From a virus: 64,000 bases of DNA. The translations under genes were made by a program, and so were the position numbers. Under the pieces are notes generated by a model. It made no database searches. It was not told where the DNA came from and worked only from the letters and a program-made list of their open reading frames with translations. The stretch covers positions 12,753-76,752 of the IMG/VR virus record IMGVR_UViG_3300034062_006900; one strand, given 5' to 3'. Numbering within the stretch: the stretch's first letter is position 1; every line of letters begins with the position of its first letter. Below, piece after piece: positions 58,405 through 64,000 of the stretch.

Positions 58405-59331
58405 TTAGATAAGAGTTAAAGTATTATGCTTTATTTTATTAACTTTCGAGGTGATTTCATATTCGTTTAAGTCATGAATCAAAAACACATTTTTAGGGTT
58501 AAATTTGTTGAAATTCAAATCAACTATATCCAAATTTCGGATTTGATATTCTTGTAAGTTATCGTCAATTCTAATTTGAATATTTAATTCCCCTTTTACA
58601 TCATAAAATAATAATTTAATTGGTGCAAGTGTCTCATCATTTTTTTCTATGAAAAATTTCACATTCGGTATCTCCGAATAGTTAAAAAAATCGTGTTCTT
58701 GGTAGTAATAAATTTCGTCCTCAACAGGTGTTTTTTCGATTTTATAATTCAAATCCTTTTGGTTCCTATGTAACCACCCGAAAGCATCGGTGCCAAGAGC
58801 CATTAGATAATTTTCTTTGGTTATTTTAGAAATGAAGTTTTTTAGATTTTCTCTATCGAAAATCATGAAGTGTAATCCAACATCCCAAATAGTTTCGCCC
58901 CTTTTTGATGGATATATTGAATTTGATTCATTCGAGTTGAGTCCTGAAATTACATTTTCATCAATTTTCAAATCGTATATCATGTGATAGAACCGCTCAT
59001 ATTCAAGATTTAATGCAATTTCACTTAGTTGCTTAACTTGTGTTAGACCTGCAAATCCGTAGTCAGAATACGTAGTTGTTATTTTGATTTTTTGTTCATC
59101 CTTGAATAATATCTTCCACATATACATCGCCTTCTCAGGCCAATCCAAGACCGGATTGTCTTTGGTAACAAAGAAATAATCACACATATCAACCACGTCT
59201 TTATCCATGTAGAATGGACTGATTAAGATGACATCAATGTTCATCGATTTTACTGAAAAGATATTTCTTTTGAGTATATCAATCTTTTCTTGTGTATCAC
59301 AAAATGAACTTATTAAAGCTACTTTTTTCAT
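58405..59331 (-). CDS. hypothetical protein, possibly glycosyltransferase-like
   Basis: Cluster context; N-terminal Rossmann-like LISSFCDT..K; YHMIYD. Confidence 0.4.
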   Translation of the reverse strand: MKKVALISSFCDTQEKIDILKRNIFSVKSMNIDVILISPFYMDKDVVDMCDYFFVTKDNPVLDWPEKAMYMWKILFKDEQKIKITTTYSDYGFAGLTQVKQLSEIALNLEYERFYHMIYDLKIDENVISGLNSNESNSIYPSKRGETIWDVGLHFMIFDRENLKNFISKITKENYLMALGTDAFGWLHRNQKDLNYKIEKTPVEDEIYYYQEHDFFNYSEIPNVKFFIEKNDETLAPIKLLFYDVKGELNIQIRIDDNLQEYQIRNLDIVDLNFNKFNPKNVFLIHDLNEYEITSKVNKIKHNTLTLI

Positions 59332-59924
59332 TTATCAATTTTTTTCAAAACCGTGAGTCCATTGTTATTAACTTTTCTTTCCCAAATAATCCAGTCTTTG
59401 TTAGAATCCAAAAACTCTTCAACCGCTGGTATCAATCCTGTAGGTAAATTTATATTATCATGTGTATCACCACCCGGTTCACCCGAACCCTCGTTTACAA
59501 ATCCAAAACTAACGGTGTCGTGTAAAATAATATATTTTTGAACTTTTCTATGGTGTCTATATAATTCTTTTTTCAATTGGAGATAATCATGCCAAGTATC
59601 AATAAACAACAACTCGCAATTATCCAAGTCGTATTCCAAAGAACTTTTTTCAACAAATTCAAAATTAATATCGGTGTCTTGAACTGCGTCATACACTTCT
59701 TGAAGATTTCCTCCAAATCTATCAGGAGAATACAGGTCTAAACTAATCATTTTTTTCGGATTAGCAGCTAAGAACGCCCAAGTGCTAACAATTTTTCTAA
59801 CCCCCATTTCAACAACAACCCCACATTCTTCAGAATACCTTTTCAATGTTTCTAAGTGTTCATTTATGTCCGAATGAATAGAACGGACTTCTTCATATTT
59901 TTGTAAAATATAGGATTGACTCAT
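59328..59924 (-). CDS. class I SAM methyltransferase (Methyltransf_24-like)
   Basis: SDINEHL, VEMGVR..VST, LLFIDTWH, ILHDT, NNNGLTVL. Confidence 0.85.
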   Translation of the reverse strand: MSQSYILQKYEEVRSIHSDINEHLETLKRYSEECGVVVEMGVRKIVSTWAFLAANPKKMISLDLYSPDRFGGNLQEVYDAVQDTDINFEFVEKSSLEYDLDNCELLFIDTWHDYLQLKKELYRHHRKVQKYIILHDTVSFGFVNEGSGEPGGDTHDNINLPTGLIPAVEEFLDSNKDWIIWERKVNNNGLTVLKKIDK

Positions 59925-59979
59925 AAAGTTTTATTTGATTAAAAATAATGTTTTACTAATTTTAAGTAAACTGATTAAC

Positions 59980-62277
59980 ATGGATAAAATGAAATTATAT
60001 TTCCACGGTTCTTATATTGGAAATACAGGATTTAATAATCATACAAGAGATTTTACAAGAAGCCTCTCAGAACATTTAGATATCAAAGTTAGAAACTTTA
60101 CTGTAGGTTCTACTTGGGATGGTTTTTCCGAAACCCCTCATGACAAGGAATCTTACATTGATGACCTTGATAAAAAAATACTATACGAACAAAATCTTTG
60201 GGCAGAAAATAAAGAAAGAAAAGATTTTAAAATTTACCCTTCAGATGAAAAAAATTTCATACACGACTTTAACATCATCCTGAATGAAACAAATCACTAT
60301 TTTTTTTACGACAATTACATCGGACCAAAAATTGGATATACTGTTTGGGAATCTACTCTTTTACCTGATGGATTTTTCAATAAATTAAAAGAATACGATG
60401 AGGTATGGACACCATCCAAGTGGCAGAAAGAATGCATGGTTAAACAAGGAATGTCAGAGGACTTCATCAAAGTTGTTCCTGAAGGAGTTGATGACCAAGT
60501 TTTTTTTCCTGAAGAGGTCGATGACGTTTTGAATGAATATAAAGACGGTAGATTTAAATTTATACTGTTTGGTAGATGGGATTACAGAAAATCCACTAAA
60601 GAAATTATCGAAACCTTCTTGAAAACATTTGACAAGTCAGAGCCTATTGATTTAATTGTCTCCATTGATAATCCTTGGGGTGAATCTATTGATGGATTCA
60701 AGTCCACTGAGGAAAGACTCAAACATTACGGATTAGATGATGAAAGAGTAAAAATTATTCATTTTCCATCGAGACAGGACTATATCAAGTTTATCAAGAA
60801 GGGTCATGTTTTTGTATCATGTGCAAGAGCTGAGGGATGGAACTTACCTCTCATCGAAGCGATGGCGAGTGGAACCCCATCAATTTATTCGAATTGTTCA
60901 GGTCAGTTGGAATTTGCTAATGGTAGAGGTATACCTGTGAACATTTTAGGTGAGACCCCAACAAATGGTAACACTTATGGTCGTTTTAGTATGGGTGAAA
61001 TACCTGGAAATTACTACGAACCCGATTTTAATCATTTATCAGAAATGATGAGACTTTCATATGAAAAATATGACACACTCAAAAAAATTGCAGTTGTAGA
61101 TTCAGAAAAAATAAGAGAAGAATTTAATTGGAAAAAAATTGGAGAAATTGGTTTTGATGCTTGTAAGTCGTTCTACGAAAAAATACAATCTAAAGAAAAA
61201 AGTGAAAATGAAATCATTGTTAGTTTCTTAGATGGTCCTAAAGTTGAAATATTAGGAAACTCATATTCAAAATATCATGTAGAGTTCTTGGATGAAAATA
61301 TGAATTTAATTCATAGTGAAACAATCACTACTGGTATGTGGACCAAAGCAAGTAGAAAATACTACACAAAATGGACGGTAAAAATAAATGGTTTGGTTGT
61401 TCATGAATTTGATTTGTCAGGTAAAAAAGTTCTAATTTCATTAGAATCTAAATCTATAGGTGATACGATTGCTTTCGCACCGTATGCTATCGAATTCGCT
61501 CAAAAACACAACTGTAAAGTAATACTCTCTACTTTTCATAATGAATGGTTCGAAGGGTCAGATTACTATAAAAAAATACAATTTATCAAACCAGGTGAGA
61601 GTGTTGGGTGTTATGCAGTTTATAAAGTAGGTTGGTTCAGAGACGATAATGATGGTTGGAGAAAATTTGATTATTATCCAAATCAGTTGAATTTACAACC
61701 TCTTCAGAAGACTGCAACGGATATATTAGGATTGGAATTCAAAGAATTGAATTATGGAGTAAAAGTAGATGTCAAACCTAAAAGAATAGAAGGGAAATAT
61801 GTTGTTATAGGGCCTCACTCTACTGCTGGGTGTAAAGAATGGCCATACGAAAATTGGAGTATCTTAGCCAAAATGTTAAATGATTTAGGATATAGTGTTT
61901 ATTCTTTATCTCATCAAGATTTCAATTATCCTCACATTAAAAATTTGAAAGAAAAAACTTGGAATGAGGTTTTTAACTATCTTATACATGCCGATTTATT
62001 TATTGGATTGAGTTCGGGTTTATCGTGGATTAATTGGGCCTTAGGAAAAAAAGGAGTAATGATTGCAGGATTTACAAAAGATGACCACGAATTTCAACAT
62101 AATCTTATTAGAATTTCTAATCCTGTTTGTATTAAATGTTGGTGTGACCCTGTTCTTAAATTTGATGGTGGTGATTGGAATTGGTGTCCTGTTTACAAAG
62201 GAACCGAACTTCAACATATATGTCAGAAATCCATAACCCCTAATCAAGTCTTTTCAGAATTAAAAAAATTATTATGA
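59980..62277 (+). CDS. GT4 glycosyltransferase fused to a TibC/Aah-like (BAHT) protein O-glycosyltransferase
   Basis: EGWNLPLIEAMASG (GT4); SIGDTIAF, FIGLSSGLSWINW and CIKCW...WCP...IC iron-finger cysteines; start moved to MDKMK. Confidence 0.85.
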   Translation: MDKMKLYFHGSYIGNTGFNNHTRDFTRSLSEHLDIKVRNFTVGSTWDGFSETPHDKESYIDDLDKKILYEQNLWAENKERKDFKIYPSDEKNFIHDFNIILNETNHYFFYDNYIGPKIGYTVWESTLLPDGFFNKLKEYDEVWTPSKWQKECMVKQGMSEDFIKVVPEGVDDQVFFPEEVDDVLNEYKDGRFKFILFGRWDYRKSTKEIIETFLKTFDKSEPIDLIVSIDNPWGESIDGFKSTEERLKHYGLDDERVKIIHFPSRQDYIKFIKKGHVFVSCARAEGWNLPLIEAMASGTPSIYSNCSGQLEFANGRGIPVNILGETPTNGNTYGRFSMGEIPGNYYEPDFNHLSEMMRLSYEKYDTLKKIAVVDSEKIREEFNWKKIGEIGFDACKSFYEKIQSKEKSENEIIVSFLDGPKVEILGNSYSKYHVEFLDENMNLIHSETITTGMWTKASRKYYTKWTVKINGLVVHEFDLSGKKVLISLESKSIGDTIAFAPYAIEFAQKHNCKVILSTFHNEWFEGSDYYKKIQFIKPGESVGCYAVYKVGWFRDDNDGWRKFDYYPNQLNLQPLQKTATDILGLEFKELNYGVKVDVKPKRIEGKYVVIGPHSTAGCKEWPYENWSILAKMLNDLGYSVYSLSHQDFNYPHIKNLKEKTWNEVFNYLIHADLFIGLSSGLSWINWALGKKGVMIAGFTKDDHEFQHNLIRISNPVCIKCWCDPVLKFDGGDWNWCPVYKGTELQHICQKSITPNQVFSELKKLL

Positions 62278-62648
62278 AAATAGAAGTATCAGTAGGTGAA
62301 ATAGTTGACAAACTTTCGATTCTATCAATAAAAAAACAGAATATTATAGAAGAATCAAAATTGAATAATGTAATCAAAGAATATGAATACTTGAAAAACA
62401 TAGTATTTAATAATTTGAAAATTGAACAACAAGATTTCGATGAAATGATTCAAGTAAATTCAAAACTATGGAAAATTGAAGATTCTCTCAGAGAAAAGGA
62501 AAAGGAAAAAATTTTTGATGAAAAATTTATAGAATTAGCTCGTTCTGTGTATTATACAAATGATGAAAGAGCCTCTATAAAGAAAAGAATTAACACTAAA
62601 TACGGTTCTGATTTCTTCGAAGAGAAATCATATTCACAATATCAATAA
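62274..62648 (+). CDS. DUF6165-like protein
   Basis: VSVGEIVDKLSILSIK...LWKIED...ARSVYYTNDERA. Confidence 0.8.
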   Translation: MKIEVSVGEIVDKLSILSIKKQNIIEESKLNNVIKEYEYLKNIVFNNLKIEQQDFDEMIQVNSKLWKIEDSLREKEKEKIFDEKFIELARSVYYTNDERASIKKRINTKYGSDFFEEKSYSQYQ

Positions 62649-62678
62649 AAAAAGGAGAGAATTACTTCTCTCCTTTTT
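62647..62678. terminator. bidirectional terminator
   Basis: AAAAAGGAGAGAA-TTAC-TTCTCTCCTTTTT. Confidence 0.8.
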
Positions 62679-62683
62679 ATTTA

Positions 62684-64000
62684 TTATTCTTTAGTTGGTT
62701 TATATTCTAATAGAACTTTATCAACATCTTTACGTTCAGCCTGTATGAAGAAATATGCCATTACTTTTCCATCAGATGAGTCAACAAAAATTTGATTATT
62801 CTCAACTTTTTGAACCCAATGTATCTTATTCTCAAGTGATGTCAATTGAACAGTAATACTCTTTTCATGAACCAAATCCACCCAGTAGTATGGTAATTCA
62901 ATCACGTTGGTTTCAGTATATCCTCTGAAATAAACACCGTGTTCTGGTCCTTCCAAGACACCGTATCTTAATCTAAACCCAGGTTTTGATGGGTGTTCGA
63001 TATCGAAAGATTTAGATGCTGCTGTGAGACTTCCTGTTGCTGTGATGTCACCTGTTATCGCTAACGTAGACCCATCGAAAGTTGCATTTGCTTCAGCGTT
63101 AAGTTCACCTGCGTTTCCTGTCGCCGTAGTAATCCTGTTATTCGCATTATTGAGAATATTTGCAGAACCACTAGTTCCTGATGAACCTGAGCTACCACTA
63201 GTTCCTGATGAACCTGAGCTTCCTGAAGTTCCTGACGAACCTGAGCTTCCTGAAGTTCCTGACGAACCTGATGAACCAGATGTTCCACTTGAACCTGATG
63301 TTCCTGATGAACCTGAACTACCACTTGTTCCTGAAGAACCTGATGTTCCTGAAGAACCTGAAGAACCTGATGTTCCTGAAGAACCTGATGTTCCCGAAGA
63401 ACCTGAACTACCACTCGTTCCTGATGAACCAGATGAACCCGATGTCCCACTTGAACCAGATGTTCCTGATGAACCTGAACTTCCTGAAGTTCCACTCGAA
63501 CCCGAAGAGCCTGATGTTCCTGATGAACCTGATGTTCCTGAGGAACCTGAACTACCACTTGTTCCTGATGAACCACTACTTCCCGAACTTCCAGATGAGC
63601 CAGATGTTCCCGAAGAACCTGAGCTTCCTGATGTTCCCGAAGAACCTGATGTTCCTGAAGAACCTGAACTACCACTTGTTCCTGAAGAACCTGAACTACC
63701 ACTTGTTCCTGAAGAACCTGATGTTCCAGATGAGCCCGATGTTCCTGATGAACCTGAACTACCACTTGTTCCTGATGAACCATTAGTTCCTGATGAGCCA
63801 GACGTTCCCGATGAGCCTGAGCTACCACTTGTCCCTGAAGAACCAGATGTTCCTGATGAACCTGAACTACCACTTGTTCCTGATGAACCAGATGAGCCAG
63901 AAGTTCCTGAACTACCACTTGTTCCTGATGAACCAGATGAACCTGAAGTTCCTGAACTACCACTTGTTCCTGATGAACCAGATGAACCTGATGTTCCTGA
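62684..64000 (-). CDS. Gly-Ser-Thr (GSS/GTS) repeat fibre protein, partial (start outside the window)
   Basis: The frame of ORF 62684-62956 stays open to 64000: (GSS/GTS)n-ANILNNANNRITTATG...KSFDIEHPSKPGFRLRYGVLEGPEHGVYFRG. Confidence 0.85.
   Translation of the reverse strand, partial: SGTSGSSGSSGTSGSSGTSGSSGSSGTSGSSGTSGSSGSSGTSGSSGSSGTSGSSGTSGSSGSSGTSGSSGTNGSSGTSGSSGSSGTSGSSGTSGSSGTSGSSGSSGTSGSSGSSGTSGSSGTSGSSGSSGTSGSSGSSGSSGSSGTSGSSGSSGTSGSSGTSGSSGSSGTSGSSGSSGTSGSSGTSGSSGSSGTSGSSGSSGTSGSSGTSGSSGSSGTSGSSGTSGSSGSSGTSGSSGTSGSSGSSGTSGSSGSSGTSGSSGSSGTSGSSGSSGTSGSANILNNANNRITTATGNAGELNAEANATFDGSTLAITGDITATGSLTAASKSFDIEHPSKPGFRLRYGVLEGPEHGVYFRGYTETNVIELPYYWVDLVHEKSITVQLTSLENKIHWVQKVENNQIFVDSSDGKVMAYFFIQAERKDVDKVLLEYKPTKE

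Noticed and set aside
63061-63963. ORFs 63061-63963 (-) and 63208-63786 (+)
   Set aside because: Shadows of the GSS/GTS frame, which is continuous with the conserved C-terminal domain
1-64000. Eukaryotic giant virus or bacterial chromosome origin
   Set aside because: Sigma factor, amidase, PspC and bacterial promoters argue against a giant virus; S74 fibres, the lack of housekeeping operons and dense small ORFs argue for a phage
1-64000. Stop-codon reassignment, tRNA/rRNA genes, introns/inteins, DGR
   Set aside because: Genes are intact in the standard code, with TAG and TGA used as stops; no intergenic space or motifs for RNA genes, reverse transcriptase or inteins were seen (by eye only)

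Overview
AT-rich, densely coding 64-kb segment, mostly on the minus strand, of a large (jumbo-type) tailed bacteriophage using the standard genetic code. The host is probably a Bacteroidota bacterium: the window carries TTTG-N19/20-TAnnTTTG promoters, a short RpoD-type sigma factor, an Hc1 histone-like protein and SprB-like repeats. From left to right: a duplicated sulfotransferase unit; candidate head proteins (TATTTAT late motif plus an N-terminal I/L-x-E leader); three translationally coupled collagen-S74 fibre genes; redox, chaperone and methylase genes; a lysis-like membrane cluster; the sigma factor; a cassette-like accessory array (DenV-like, GmrSD-like, LRR, R-M pair, Zn-ribbon nuclease, GIY-YIG); recombination and replication genes (SbcCD, Cas4-like, primase, RuvC); a baseplate-type gene and Thr-Pro-rich structural genes; and a glycosylation cluster beside a Gly-Ser-Thr fibre. 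Best candidate for a new system: the three collagens have matched lengths (160/161/161 Gly-X-Y units) and share one 19-node register, which suggests an ABC heterotrimeric phage collagen matured by S74 propeptides. Second: a GT4/TibC-like protein O-glycosylation locus next to Ser/Thr-rich virion proteins. Family calls come from motif recognition by eye and all counts are manual; no searches were run.
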